Assembly: GCA_963667255.1 (NCBI GenBank)
Contig: OY762940.1
Span: 608,001-672,000 of the forward strand
Direction of reading: 5' to 3'
Source: Candidatus Cloacimonadota bacterium
Lineage (GTDB): Bacteria; Cloacimonadota; Cloacimonadia; G963667145
DNA length: 64,000 bases
Made by a program: the position numbers and the translations under genes. The notes under the pieces were generated by a model. The model worked only from the letters and a program-made list of their open reading frames with translations. It was not told the DNA's origin and ran no database searches. This document shows positions 18,641 through 28,633 of this stretch, one piece after another. How positions within the stretch are numbered: position 1 is the stretch's first letter; each line of letters opens with the position of its first letter.

Positions 18641-19458
18641 TTTTTTTGTACGCAGTAATTTATAGTGTACTTGCTTACTTAAATCCTTTTTTGGCGACTA
18701 TTTATGGAGTGGGTTTTGTTGGGGATAGGTTGCTAAGGAGTGGCAAATTGAATCAGTTTTTTTTGGCTTCTTTAGTTTTGTCGATTTTGGCTACGATTTT
18801 TGGTTTTGTTTCCAAGGTAGATTTCTTTGAGATTTTGCTCGCACAACTGTCTCTTTACATTTACTTTTATTTGTTGGTGAACAAAGGGAAATACGATTTG
18901 GCGATTTTGGGAACAGGTGCTTTTTGCCTTGCTGGAGAAGTGGTGCTTTTCATCGTTTTTAATGCTTACTATTTGCAGGTTATTGATACCGCTTTTGCTG
19001 TAACCCAAAATATTTTAAATTCAAATCAAGAATATTTAGGACTTGTTTGGAGACTTTATAAAGAGAATTTCCCGTCTTTGCACAGTGTAATGTTTTTGCT
19101 TGCTTTGTATCTGGGGTCGCTTTTGTTAGGGCGAAAAGAGGAAATTCCCCGTTTTGATTTCAGGGGATTTGCTTTGCCCAAAGTTATTGATTTGTGGCTA
19201 TTGGCAGGAATTGTTCTTTTGGTTTTCAAGAAAAGTATTGGTTGGTCGATAGGAAGCAATTTGCTGATTGTTGCCTCTGTTGCGTTGTCTTTGGCTGGTT
19301 TAGGTGTGATTTTCACGATTTGGCAAAAATGGTTTGAGAAGTATAAAATACTGTATTTACTGTTTGTAGTTGTTTTGTTGTTTAATAATTATTTAATGTT
19401 TATTTTGTCTTTCCTAGGATTACTTGATCGTTGGTTTAATTTTAGGAAGCTGAGTTAG
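18637..19458 (+). CDS. DUF2232/YybS family membrane protein
   Basis: Multi-TM protein between rpsR and rplI; ends [12 protein letters not shown]; start set at the ATGA overlap 18637. Confidence 0.75.
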   Translation: MIFLYAVIYSVLAYLNPFLATIYGVGFVGDRLLRSGKLNQFFLASLVLSILATIFGFVSKVDFFEILLAQLSLYIYFYLLVNKGKYDLAILGTGAFCLAGEVVLFIVFNAYYLQVIDTAFAVTQNILNSNQEYLGLVWRLYKENFPSLHSVMFLLALYLGSLLLGRKEEIPRFDFRGFALPKVIDLWLLAGIVLLVFKKSIGWSIGSNLLIVASVALSLAGLGVIFTIWQKWFEKYKILYLLFVVVLLFNNYLMFILSFLGLLDRWFNFRKLS

Positions 19459-19466
19459 GAGGAAAA

Positions 19467-19979
19467 ATGAAAGTTATTTTGACTGAGAATTTGTATAAAG
19501 TGGGAGAAGCCGGGGGCGTAGTAGAAGTTAAGGATGGTTTTGCCAGAAATTTTTTGTTGCCACAAGGTAAAGCTGTGAAAGCTGACAAGGGCAATATGAT
19601 GAGAATTGAGGCTATCAAAAAGAAAGCTGAAGCATCAAGACTTCGTCTTTTATCTGAGCTCAAAGAGTCCGCTTCTGTTTTGGAAGGGAAGACTTTGGAG
19701 TTCGAAATGAATTCTGATAAGGATGGTAAACTTTACGGTTCAGTTTCTGATGTTGAGATTAGTGCTAAGATTAAGGAAGTTTTTGGTTTGGAAATAAAAA
19801 GAAGAATGATTGAACTTCCCGAGAGAATTAAAAATGTCGGAGAGTTTCAAGTTGTTTTGCATTTTGGACCGGAAGTGGCAGTGAATGTCAATGTTTTGGT
19901 TAAAAACAGCGAGTTGAAATTGGAACGGGTAGAAGATAACAAGGAGCAAGCAGAGGCTTCTGTAGAGGAAGAAGCTTAA
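19467..19979 (+). CDS. rplI: 50S ribosomal protein L9
   Basis: MKVIL....VG..G.VVEVKDGFARNFLLPQGKA, GKLYGSVS. Confidence 0.97.
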   Translation: MKVILTENLYKVGEAGGVVEVKDGFARNFLLPQGKAVKADKGNMMRIEAIKKKAEASRLRLLSELKESASVLEGKTLEFEMNSDKDGKLYGSVSDVEISAKIKEVFGLEIKRRMIELPERIKNVGEFQVVLHFGPEVAVNVNVLVKNSELKLERVEDNKEQAEASVEEEA

Positions 19980-19991
19980 TTTGTTTTAGTT

Positions 19992-20315
19992 GTGGGAGGA
20001 ATTAAGAAATTTAATCCCAAATCTTTTATTTTGCGAGTTGCCGGTGAAAAATATAGGGACTTTGCTCTTGTTTTGGTGAATTGGGGAGAATGTGTAGGCG
20101 AGTTGCTGGCTTCTTATAGTAATGTTGAAAAATACGAAGATGGTATAATATATATTTCTGTAGTCGACAATGTTTGGCTACAGGAATTTTTTTTATTGAA
20201 GAGTCAAATTATAGAGCGGTTGCACGGTAAAACCGATTTGGCTATCAGAGATATAATTTTTTATGCGAAAAATAGGGAGAAATACAAATGGTTGAGAAAC
20301 AAAAAGTTCTTGTAG
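19992..20315 (+). CDS. DUF721/DciA-like protein
   Basis: W.E.VGE.LA, IYISV.DNVWLQE. Confidence 0.65.
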   Translation: MGGIKKFNPKSFILRVAGEKYRDFALVLVNWGECVGELLASYSNVEKYEDGIIYISVVDNVWLQEFFLLKSQIIERLHGKTDLAIRDIIFYAKNREKYKWLRNKKFL

Positions 20316-20932
20316 CTCCGTCGTTGTTGTCTGCGGATTTTTGCAATTTGAAGAGTGAAATGGACAATTTGCAATCTGCTGATATGTTGCATTTGGATGT
20401 GATGGATAACCATTTTGTCCCTAATCTGACTTTTGGATTTCCGATTATCGAGTCTATCAGGAAGAACACGAAGATGCCTTTGGATGCTCATCTTATGGTG
20501 GAGTCGCCCGAGGAGTATGTTGATAGATTGGCGATGATAGGCGTGGAGTATATCTCTTTTCATTTGGAAGCGACAGTGCATGCTCATCGGTTGCTTGCCA
20601 AGATTAAATCTTTGGGGATTAAAGCAGGAATTGCTCTCAACCCTGGGACATCTGCTTGTTTGCTTGAGCCACTTTTGGCGGAGGTTGATTTTGTGTTGCT
20701 AATGAGTGTAAATCCGGGCTTTGGCGGACAAAAATTTCTTCCTCTTGTTTACGATAAGTTGAGCTATCTGCGACCGTATAAGGAGAAATTCGGATTTCTA
20801 TTGCAAGTTGATGGTGGAGTGAGCGACAAGAATTGCCAATCTCTCGTGGAAGCTGGAGTGGATATTTTGGTTGCCGGCAACTTTGTTTTTCAAGGGGACT
20901 ACAAGCAGAATATTGCCCGTTTGAAGCTATAA
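20288..20932 (+). CDS. rpe: Ribulose-phosphate 3-epimerase
   Basis: APSLLSADF, HLDVMDNHFVPNLTFG, DAHLMV, MSVNPGFGGQKF, VDGG. Confidence 0.97.
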   Translation: MVEKQKVLVAPSLLSADFCNLKSEMDNLQSADMLHLDVMDNHFVPNLTFGFPIIESIRKNTKMPLDAHLMVESPEEYVDRLAMIGVEYISFHLEATVHAHRLLAKIKSLGIKAGIALNPGTSACLLEPLLAEVDFVLLMSVNPGFGGQKFLPLVYDKLSYLRPYKEKFGFLLQVDGGVSDKNCQSLVEAGVDILVAGNFVFQGDYKQNIARLKL

Positions 20933-20933
20933 G

Positions 20934-23132
20934 TTATTTCTTGGAAAATTCAAACGAATCGAAATCGTGTCCGAAGGTGAAGTAGAGGGTTTTGTTTTTT
21001 TCATCGTCCATGGCTACGCCCACTCTGGAGAAGAATAGAGGATGGTAGTAAGTAAACGATGTGCCGAGACCCCTCTTGTAGGTGCTGTATTTGCTGTCGA
21101 AAATGTTTAGATAGTCTTTATTTCTCAGGTCAACAAAGTTTCCGCCGAAGTCCCAAAAGAGTTTGTTTTTAAATTTCCACCTAATCCCGAGATAGACTGT
21201 TTTATACACAGGAGTGAGGATTGAGTTGGTTCTGAATCCCAAAAAGTTGTCTAATCCGCCGAGATAAAATGGGTCGTGTTCTTTTGCTATTGTGCTGTTG
21301 GTGGACAAGTTTCCGTATTCCAGCCTCAATTTTACACTAAATCTATCTTCAACGATGGGAAGAATTTTTTTGTATTTGAAGCTGAACTTTTGATAGTCTG
21401 TTTCGCTTCCGACTTTTTTGTTGCTTATGTGGTATTTTGACAAAATAGACTCGCCGTCCATCGGCATATATGAGTCGTCCAAGTACTCATAATAGACCTT
21501 AATCCCGAGACCATTTGTAGAGAAAGAGCTGTTTTCAAGTTTTTGGCTTACATTGTCGGTGAATTTGGAGCGGGAGTAAAAATAGTATCCTTCGACAATC
21601 GTCGATTTATTGGTAAACATACCGCTTCCGAGAGTAACTTCGATTTCCTCTTTATCTTTTTCTTCGGTTTTCTCAAAAGATTCGGCATCATAGATGTATA
21701 GAGGTTGATTTTTGTAGCAGGCAAAAGCTCTGAGATAAGTCCCCCAACTATCTCCTCTGTTCCCGAAATTTTTGACGAAATCAAAGTCAAACTCCTCTTT
21801 TTTGCCGATTTCTCCATTTATCAAAAGATTGGAGTTCGGGAGAAGTCTATTGTCAACCTGCAACAGTGAGCCGATAGAAAACATAGTGTAGTCGTTGACT
21901 TTGGCATAAAATCCGATTTTTTGTCGCAATTTCTCTTCGACAACTATAGTCAGCGTATCTTTGTTGAGAATGGGGTAGCTGTATTCAAAGAAGCCGGAAG
22001 TAAATATTTCGTTACAAAGATTGCTGATATCGTATCGGTTTTTCAGTTGACTGGCTTTTAGCTTACTCAGGGACAAAATGGTTTTTTCGTCCAAGTAGTA
22101 ATTCCCAACAATCCTTATTGTTGTTACCGCAAACGAGTCTTTTTTTGTTAAGAAATCTTTCTTTTTTTGTTGCAATAGAGCAAATTTTTGTGGGTCGGAG
22201 AGTTTTTGTAGTTCGTCCAAATGCTTTAATGCTTCTCTTTTGCCAAGCTCGACAAGGTCTTTTAAATTGTTAAGTCCCAAAAAAGTCATCTGCTTTTTTA
22301 CTTGAGGATAAATGAGAATTGTTGCATATTTCTCCGATTCCTTTACATTGCTATTCAGAGCAAGGGTAACAGTTTTGTTGAGGATAGAGAAGAGATTTTC
22401 GTTGCTTTCCTTGGCAATTGGCAAGGAAACTTTCACTCCGATTATGGTGTTTGCATTTTTTTTCACCAAATCTTTTGTGGGGAAGTTGTCTAAAATACCG
22501 CCGTCCAACAGAGTGAGAGAGTCTATTTCCATAGGCGAAAAGAATGAGGGAATGCTCATAGATGCACGCAAAGCCAAGTGCAGATAGCCTTTGTCCAAAA
22601 TTACGGAATTGTGTCTATAGAGGCTTGTTGCTTTGCAAAAAAATGGGATAGGTAAGTTGTTGAAATCTCTGATGTCGTGAGCAGGGAAAGTCAATTCGAA
22701 CATTTTATTTGTGATGTGTGACCCTTTCAAAATTCCATTGGGAAAGACAGGGAAGAAATTGTCTGTAAGGTCGAGAGATAAGCGGGTAAAATTTTTCCAC
22801 CGCTTTTTTCGTCCGTAGTAGTTTTGTCTGGAGATGGACTCGGTAAAAAGTTTGTTCCAGTCGAGTTGGGAGACGATTTTCTCTATCTCTTTCCCCGAAT
22901 ATCCGCAAGAGTATAGCCCGCCGATGATAGCACCCATACTGGTTCCGGAGATGATATCGATGGGGATTTGCAGACTATCGATGACTTGCAAAACACCGAT
23001 TTGTGTCAGGCATCTTGTCCCTCCGCCCGAGAGTGCCAGCCCGATTTTCGATGAGTTGGCAAATAGGCAAGGTGTCCAAAAAATCCAAAGCAACAGAACG
23101 GCTATGAATTTGATAGATTTTCTTTTGTCCAT
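20934..23132 (-). CDS. Patatin-like phospholipase with POTRA and C-terminal beta-barrel (PlpD/type Vd-like)
   Basis: Signal peptide, ALSGGG, GTSMG, ASMSIP, DGG; POTRA-like IRIVGN segment; barrel-like C-terminus FYLGG..F.G. Confidence 0.85.
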   Translation of the reverse strand: MDKRKSIKFIAVLLLWIFWTPCLFANSSKIGLALSGGGTRCLTQIGVLQVIDSLQIPIDIISGTSMGAIIGGLYSCGYSGKEIEKIVSQLDWNKLFTESISRQNYYGRKKRWKNFTRLSLDLTDNFFPVFPNGILKGSHITNKMFELTFPAHDIRDFNNLPIPFFCKATSLYRHNSVILDKGYLHLALRASMSIPSFFSPMEIDSLTLLDGGILDNFPTKDLVKKNANTIIGVKVSLPIAKESNENLFSILNKTVTLALNSNVKESEKYATILIYPQVKKQMTFLGLNNLKDLVELGKREALKHLDELQKLSDPQKFALLQQKKKDFLTKKDSFAVTTIRIVGNYYLDEKTILSLSKLKASQLKNRYDISNLCNEIFTSGFFEYSYPILNKDTLTIVVEEKLRQKIGFYAKVNDYTMFSIGSLLQVDNRLLPNSNLLINGEIGKKEEFDFDFVKNFGNRGDSWGTYLRAFACYKNQPLYIYDAESFEKTEEKDKEEIEVTLGSGMFTNKSTIVEGYYFYSRSKFTDNVSQKLENSSFSTNGLGIKVYYEYLDDSYMPMDGESILSKYHISNKKVGSETDYQKFSFKYKKILPIVEDRFSVKLRLEYGNLSTNSTIAKEHDPFYLGGLDNFLGFRTNSILTPVYKTVYLGIRWKFKNKLFWDFGGNFVDLRNKDYLNIFDSKYSTYKRGLGTSFTYYHPLFFSRVGVAMDDEKNKTLYFTFGHDFDSFEFSKK

Positions 23133-24526
23133 TGCAGAGCTTCTTGAATATAGTTTTTCGGTGGAAAAGGAATAGAGTTGGTGTAGTTGCGGATTCTTGT
23201 GATTTCTTCATCACACTTTTTTGCCAAAAATTCCGGATTCACTTCCAAGTTGTTTAATTTGTTTTGTTTGATTTCGGTGGAAATATTTTTTACCAAAGCT
23301 GACACAAGCGAAGAATCTTCCATTTTTGGCACGATATTGGTAGGTGTCAAGTCTTCGGCTTTAACATGGCTCGCTATAGTTTCAGCGGCTACCAAAGCCA
23401 TAGAGTCCGTAATTTTTGAGGACGCAGTTTCTATCACTGCTCGGAGCAATCCAGGGAAAACCAAAGAGTTGTTCAGCTGATTTGGGAAGTCGCTTCGTCC
23501 TGTGGCTACGATGAAAGCACCGGCTTTTTTAGCTTCTTCGGGGTAAATTTCTGGAACAGGATTTGCACAAGCAAAAACGATTGGGTTTTCGCTCATTTTC
23601 TTTATCATATTGGCAGTTATAGTGTTTGGAGCGGAGACACCGATGATGATATCGGCATTTTCGCAGGCTAACATTGGAGAGTCGATTTTTTGCGGATTTG
23701 TGCTTTTTGCGAGATTCCATTGTTTAAAAAATAATGGGTTCTCTTCCAAATCTTTTCTGTCTTTGTGCAAACCGCCTTTGTCGTCAAAAATGTAGAACTT
23801 CTCGGGATTTGCACCTGCCTTTAGTAAATATTCAGCTATTTGACTTCCGGCTGCACCTGCACCGATAAGGACGATTTTAGCTTCGGAGATTTTTTTTTCA
23901 ACAAGTTTCAGCGAGTTCAATATTCCGGCAAGAATGATGCAGGCAGTGCCTTGAGCGTCGTCATGCCAAACGGGAATGTCTAACTCTTCTTGTAGCTGAT
24001 GAAGGACTTGGTAGCAATTTGGTTGGCTGATATCTTCCAGATTGATAGCGGCAAAACTGGGACTACAGGCTTTTACTGTGTCGACAATTCTTTTTGCTTC
24101 GCTTTTGCCATCGGAGTTTCTGGAGTCGATACACAAGGGGAAAGCGTCCACGCCGGCTAAATACTTCAGAAGTAGAGATTTGCCTTCCATTACGCCAAGT
24201 CCACCCGAAGGCGTGCAGTCTCCATCTCCCAAAACTCTGGTGGAGTCCGAGACGATTGCCACAGTTTTCCCTCTGAGAGTCAGCGAGTTGGAGAGAAAAT
24301 TGTTTTCTCGTATTTGGCACGATACTTCGGAAACTCCGGGAGTATACCACACGCTAAAACTCTCAGGACTCCAAACTGGGACTTTTGGCATTATTTCCAG
24401 TTTCCCATTGTAATGACGGTGCAACAATAGAGATAACCTTTTGTAAAAAAGCGTCTTAGCCTTATTTAAAACTTGTGAATCAAACTCTTGCTTCAAAAGA
24501 GTTTCCAATCTGATTTGGTTAAACAT
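23102..24526 (-). CDS. NAD(P)-dependent malic enzyme
   Basis: YTPGV, SDSTRVLGDG, VMEGK, INLEDI, HDDAQGTA, GAGAAG, FACANPVPEI, ATGRSDFPNQ; start set to ATG 24526 after GGAG. Confidence 0.92.
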   Translation of the reverse strand: MFNQIRLETLLKQEFDSQVLNKAKTLFYKRLSLLLHRHYNGKLEIMPKVPVWSPESFSVWYTPGVSEVSCQIRENNFLSNSLTLRGKTVAIVSDSTRVLGDGDCTPSGGLGVMEGKSLLLKYLAGVDAFPLCIDSRNSDGKSEAKRIVDTVKACSPSFAAINLEDISQPNCYQVLHQLQEELDIPVWHDDAQGTACIILAGILNSLKLVEKKISEAKIVLIGAGAAGSQIAEYLLKAGANPEKFYIFDDKGGLHKDRKDLEENPLFFKQWNLAKSTNPQKIDSPMLACENADIIIGVSAPNTITANMIKKMSENPIVFACANPVPEIYPEEAKKAGAFIVATGRSDFPNQLNNSLVFPGLLRAVIETASSKITDSMALVAAETIASHVKAEDLTPTNIVPKMEDSSLVSALVKNISTEIKQNKLNNLEVNPEFLAKKCDEEITRIRNYTNSIPFPPKNYIQEALQWTKENLSNS

Positions 24527-24611
24527 AGTAAACTCCAAAATAAATTACTGCAAACAAAAACTCCCAATCCAATTTTTCATAAAGAAAACGAGTGTGTAAA
24601 AGGTCAAGAGA

Positions 24612-25379
24612 TTAGTTTCGCAAAAATTTCTTGCTGATTTCGTAAAGTGCTATGCCACAACAAACACTCACATTCAGAGAGTTTTTCCAGCCTTGCAAGG
24701 GGATTTGAAAAATATTGTCGCATTGCTCAAGAGTTGTTGATGCGATGCCGAGAGCTTCGTTCCCCAAGATTAGAGCGATTGGAAAATCAACAGGAATGTT
24801 TTCTATAGGCAAAGATTTTGTGGTAGTTTCCATGGCAAAAATTTTGTAATTTTGTTTTCTATAGTTGCTAATGGCTTCGATAGTTGTAGAGAAAATAAGA
24901 TTTTTAGTAAAATCGCAACAGCCCATCGATGTTTTTTGCACTTTTGGATTTTCGTGATTTGGTGTCACACCGCAAAAGGCGATTTCCGTGATGTTGAAAC
25001 ATTCGGCAGTTCTCAAAATCGAACCCACATTGAAGGCGGAACGGAGATTGTCCAAAATCAAAACTACAGGAAGTTTTTTGGTGGTGCTTTTTCGCTTTGA
25101 GTTGTCGTTGCTCAAAATCTCCCAATCTTTTTTTGACCTGCCATACCTATTTTCCAAGCCTATTTTTGCTAACAAAAACGCTCTTAAACTGGCAAATTTT
25201 GCTCGCGAAAAATAGTTTAGTTTTGGGTTTAGAGGGATGAGTGAAATAAATTCGGCTTGCAATTTTTCTCTTGTTTCGGGATTTTGCCAATTCATTTCGA
25301 TTTTATCCAAGAGAATGAAGACCTCTTTTACTTGTTTTTCAGAAGAAAAAGAGGCGAATTTCTTTTCCGAGAAGCTCAT
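24612..25379 (-). CDS. TrmH/SpoU family RNA methyltransferase
   Basis: LDNLRSAFNVGSILRTA, LILGNEALGI, IPLQGWKNSLNVS. Confidence 0.9.
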   Translation of the reverse strand: MSFSEKKFASFSSEKQVKEVFILLDKIEMNWQNPETREKLQAEFISLIPLNPKLNYFSRAKFASLRAFLLAKIGLENRYGRSKKDWEILSNDNSKRKSTTKKLPVVLILDNLRSAFNVGSILRTAECFNITEIAFCGVTPNHENPKVQKTSMGCCDFTKNLIFSTTIEAISNYRKQNYKIFAMETTTKSLPIENIPVDFPIALILGNEALGIASTTLEQCDNIFQIPLQGWKNSLNVSVCCGIALYEISKKFLRN

Positions 25380-25395
25380 ACGATAGCGGAGTTGA

Positions 25396-27495
25396 TTACA
25401 GTTTGAACATCATTTCCCAGTATGATGGCACAGGCCAAACATTCGCAGGCAAGAGATTTTCGAGTTGGTCGATTTCCAATCTCAAATCGGCTAAATTTTT
25501 GTTCAGTTCTGTGGCACAGAGTTCGGCTTTATCTTGGTCGCTCTTAGTAGCTGTTATGCTGTCCATTGTTTTGATTAGAGTGTCCAGACAACGATAAGCA
25601 TTGGAGAAATGGGAGTTTATTTTGTCCAAAATTGAGAGCTGAATTTTGTGTTCGCAATTAATACTTCTCAAAGTTTCGATGGATTTTGCCAATTTGCCGA
25701 TGTAATCCATGATAGAGGGGAAATATTCTGTTTTGACCATACGAGTTGCAGTTTTGGCTTCGATAAGAGCTTGCTTGTAATATCTTTGGTAATAAATTTC
25801 CGCTCTAGATTTCAACTCTTGGGAAGTCAAAATATCTGTAGAAGCAAATAAGTTTTCAGCTTTTGCTGTTTGATAGGCGGAGATAGCTTCAGCCGAATTT
25901 TGCAAGTAAGGCAAACCCTTTTCCATAGCCATTTTGCGATACTCTTCGGAGTAGTTGTCGCCGTTGAAAATAATCTTTTTCGCTTGAGAGATGCTCTCTT
26001 GCAAATAGGCGTATATCTCTTTGTTTGTATCTTGGCAATTCTCCAATCTTTCATTTAGGGTGCGTATCTCTTCCGCCATTAGCCCGTTTAGGACGACATT
26101 TGGCATAGAGATAGAAGCCGAGGATGGCACCATCCTGAACTCGAACTTATTGCCCGTGAAAGCCAAAGGAGATGTGCGGTTACGGTCGGTGTTGTCTTTG
26201 GGGAGTTTGCTGAGAGTATTGACACCCAATTCCAAGAAATCGCTTTCTTTACTGGCGACATTTTTGCCTTTCTCTATATTCAACAAAACATCGGTCAGAG
26301 CATCTCCCAAAAATACGGAGATGATGGCAGGAGGTGCTTCGTTTCCGCCCAAGCGATAATCGTTGCCGAGATTTGAGGCTGACGCTCGGAGCAAATCTGC
26401 GTGCTTATTAAATCCCTTGAGTGCTGCGACGAGGAAAACCAAGAACAACTGATTTTTTTCAGGTGTTTTCCCTGGAGCGAAGAGATTGATGCCGGTGTCG
26501 GTGACCAAAGACCAGTTGTTGTGTTTCCCTGAGCCGTTTACTCCTTGGTAAGGTTTCTCGTGCAAAAGGCAAACTAAATCGTGTCGTTTTGCCAATCTTT
26601 TCATCGTTTCCATCACAACTTGGTTTTGGTCTGCCGCCAAATTTGCTTGCGTGTGGATGGATGCAAGTTCAAACTGGCTGGGAGCGACTTCGTTGTGCTT
26701 GGATTTTGCCGTTATTCCCATTTCCCAGAGATGAGTGTCCAAATCTTTCATGAAGTTTGCCACTCGGTCTTTGATTTGCCCGAAGTAGTGATCTTCCAAC
26801 TCCTGACCCTTCGGGGCGTTTGCTCCGAAAATAGTGCGTCCGCAGGTGATTAAATCCAAGCGTTTGGAGAAATATTTTTTATCAATCAGGAAATACTCCT
26901 GCTCCGCTCCGACACTGGGACTGACATTTTTTACATCTCTATAGCCGAGCTTATGCAACAATTTTGTCGCCTCTTTGTTGATGGCTTGCATCGAGCGAAG
27001 GAGCGGTGTTTTTTTGTCCAGCGCTTGTCCGTTGTATGAGCAAAAGGCAGTGGGAATACAGAGAGTTACGCCGGCTGTGTCCTCTTTTAGGAAAGCGGGA
27101 GATGTGTAGTCCCAACTGGTATAACCGCGAGCCTCAAAAGTGCTTCTGAGACCGCCCGAAGGGAAACTGGAAGCGTCCGGTTCGCCTTGGATTAGTTCGG
27201 CTCCAGATAGTGTTAACTCTATGCTATTGCCGTTCTCTACGGGATTTATAAAAGAGTCGTGCTTTTCGGCGGTAGAGCCTGTGAGAGGCTGAAACCAGTG
27301 GGTGTAATGGGTCGCACCTTTCCCAATCGCCCAGTCTTTCATAGCTGTAGCTATCTTATCAGCTAACACTTCCGGCAATCTAAGATTGTTTTTAATGCAT
27401 GATAGGAACTCATTGAAATCTTGATTTGACAACCTTTTTTTTATAGATGCGTGGTTGAAAACTTTTTTCCCGAAAATCTCTTTTATATCACTCAT
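25396..27495 (-). CDS. glnA: Glutamine synthetase type III
   Basis: GATHYTHWFQPLTG.TAEKHD, EPDASSFPSGGLRSTFEARGY, HEKP..GVNGSGKHNNWS, DRNRTSP.AFTGNKFEFR; about 700 aa. Confidence 0.95.
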   Translation of the reverse strand: MSDIKEIFGKKVFNHASIKKRLSNQDFNEFLSCIKNNLRLPEVLADKIATAMKDWAIGKGATHYTHWFQPLTGSTAEKHDSFINPVENGNSIELTLSGAELIQGEPDASSFPSGGLRSTFEARGYTSWDYTSPAFLKEDTAGVTLCIPTAFCSYNGQALDKKTPLLRSMQAINKEATKLLHKLGYRDVKNVSPSVGAEQEYFLIDKKYFSKRLDLITCGRTIFGANAPKGQELEDHYFGQIKDRVANFMKDLDTHLWEMGITAKSKHNEVAPSQFELASIHTQANLAADQNQVVMETMKRLAKRHDLVCLLHEKPYQGVNGSGKHNNWSLVTDTGINLFAPGKTPEKNQLFLVFLVAALKGFNKHADLLRASASNLGNDYRLGGNEAPPAIISVFLGDALTDVLLNIEKGKNVASKESDFLELGVNTLSKLPKDNTDRNRTSPLAFTGNKFEFRMVPSSASISMPNVVLNGLMAEEIRTLNERLENCQDTNKEIYAYLQESISQAKKIIFNGDNYSEEYRKMAMEKGLPYLQNSAEAISAYQTAKAENLFASTDILTSQELKSRAEIYYQRYYKQALIEAKTATRMVKTEYFPSIMDYIGKLAKSIETLRSINCEHKIQLSILDKINSHFSNAYRCLDTLIKTMDSITATKSDQDKAELCATELNKNLADLRLEIDQLENLLPANVWPVPSYWEMMFKL

Positions 27496-27522
27496 ATTAC
27501 CTTCTATGTTCTTGAAAGTTTC

Positions 27523-28353
27523 TTATTTTTTCAAATATTCTTTGAATTTCTCTTTGTTGTTTTTAATAAAATCGGCAGCCAAAACAAGAAAAACTGAAAG
27601 GAAGAAACAAATGAAAAAGGTTACTAAGGTTAAAACTGTTTTGCTTGTTCCTTTTTTAGAAAGCTCTTGCTTCTTTTTCTTGCTAAGTTTTTCTTTTTCT
27701 TGAATACTTAATTTAGGATTTTTGGCATTCTGTAAAACAGATGTTTTCTTATAATCAGGAAGATGAAAATTTAAATTATTGTAAGCGTTGTCGGCTGAAC
27801 TAATAGCCAAAGTTAATTGTATTAAATCGTCCGAATTTTTTAGAAGCTTAGCATTTTTTTCTATCTTATCTATTGAATTTTGAAGAGCTATTTTTAATTT
27901 TTTTTGATAATTTTTTTTTTCGTTTTGTGTTTCTAGTAAGATATAATATTTGTTTTTGAAGAGGGAATCTATAATTTCTGTTGCGTATTGGGCAACCGGG
28001 GAAACTATTTCTTTGTTTTTTGAAGTTACATAAACAGTAAAAAAGGATGCATTGTCCGTGTTGGCATCAAAATTTTCTCGCAATAAATTGGGATATCTTT
28101 CTTGAATCTTTTCTATAAAATCTTCGGAATTGTAGCAGAAACTAATGCCTGAAGCATATTCTCCAGGATATATTTTTATAGAAGATTGAGCATTATATAA
28201 TTCAACTCTTTTTATGTTGATTAGGGCATAAGCTACCATCAATAAAGTAGGAATAATGGTAATCAAAACAATCGTCCATTTTCTTTTCCAAAGTTTGGCG
28301 ACTATCTCCAGCAAATCTATTTCGTCAGTTTCTATCGGTTGGTTATTCTCCAT
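27523..28353 (-). CDS. Wzz-like polysaccharide chain-length determinant
   Basis: DEIDLLEIVAKLWKRKW, two TM segments flanking a coiled coil; start set to ATG 28353 (AGGAG RBS). Confidence 0.7.
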   Translation of the reverse strand: MENNQPIETDEIDLLEIVAKLWKRKWTIVLITIIPTLLMVAYALINIKRVELYNAQSSIKIYPGEYASGISFCYNSEDFIEKIQERYPNLLRENFDANTDNASFFTVYVTSKNKEIVSPVAQYATEIIDSLFKNKYYILLETQNEKKNYQKKLKIALQNSIDKIEKNAKLLKNSDDLIQLTLAISSADNAYNNLNFHLPDYKKTSVLQNAKNPKLSIQEKEKLSKKKKQELSKKGTSKTVLTLVTFFICFFLSVFLVLAADFIKNNKEKFKEYLKK

Positions 28354-28633
28354 CGGTATTTCTCCTATTTTCAATAAGTTTATAATAATTAACGCTGTCA
28401 ATTTTGGAAACATTCCCCTTGGGTATCTGCAAAATGTCAACGATTTTTGTGTAACCAGCAAGGTAAATCTCTATCGTGTCGTTGGCAAAAACTTTTTCGG
28501 AAGGCTTGCAAATTTTTTTGTTGACTTTTACCAAAGATTTTTGACAAGCTTTTTGAGCAATGGAGCGGGTTTTGGTCAAACACAATTTACTCAAAAGAGC
28601 GTCCAAACGCATAAAATCGGAACTATTTTCCAT
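28343..28633 (-). CDS. S4-domain RNA-binding protein (Hsp15/RqcP-like)
   Basis: MRLDALL..LCLTKTRSIAQKAC...VKVN...KPS. Confidence 0.85.
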   Translation of the reverse strand: MENSSDFMRLDALLSKLCLTKTRSIAQKACQKSLVKVNKKICKPSEKVFANDTIEIYLAGYTKIVDILQIPKGNVSKIDSVNYYKLIENRRNTDGE

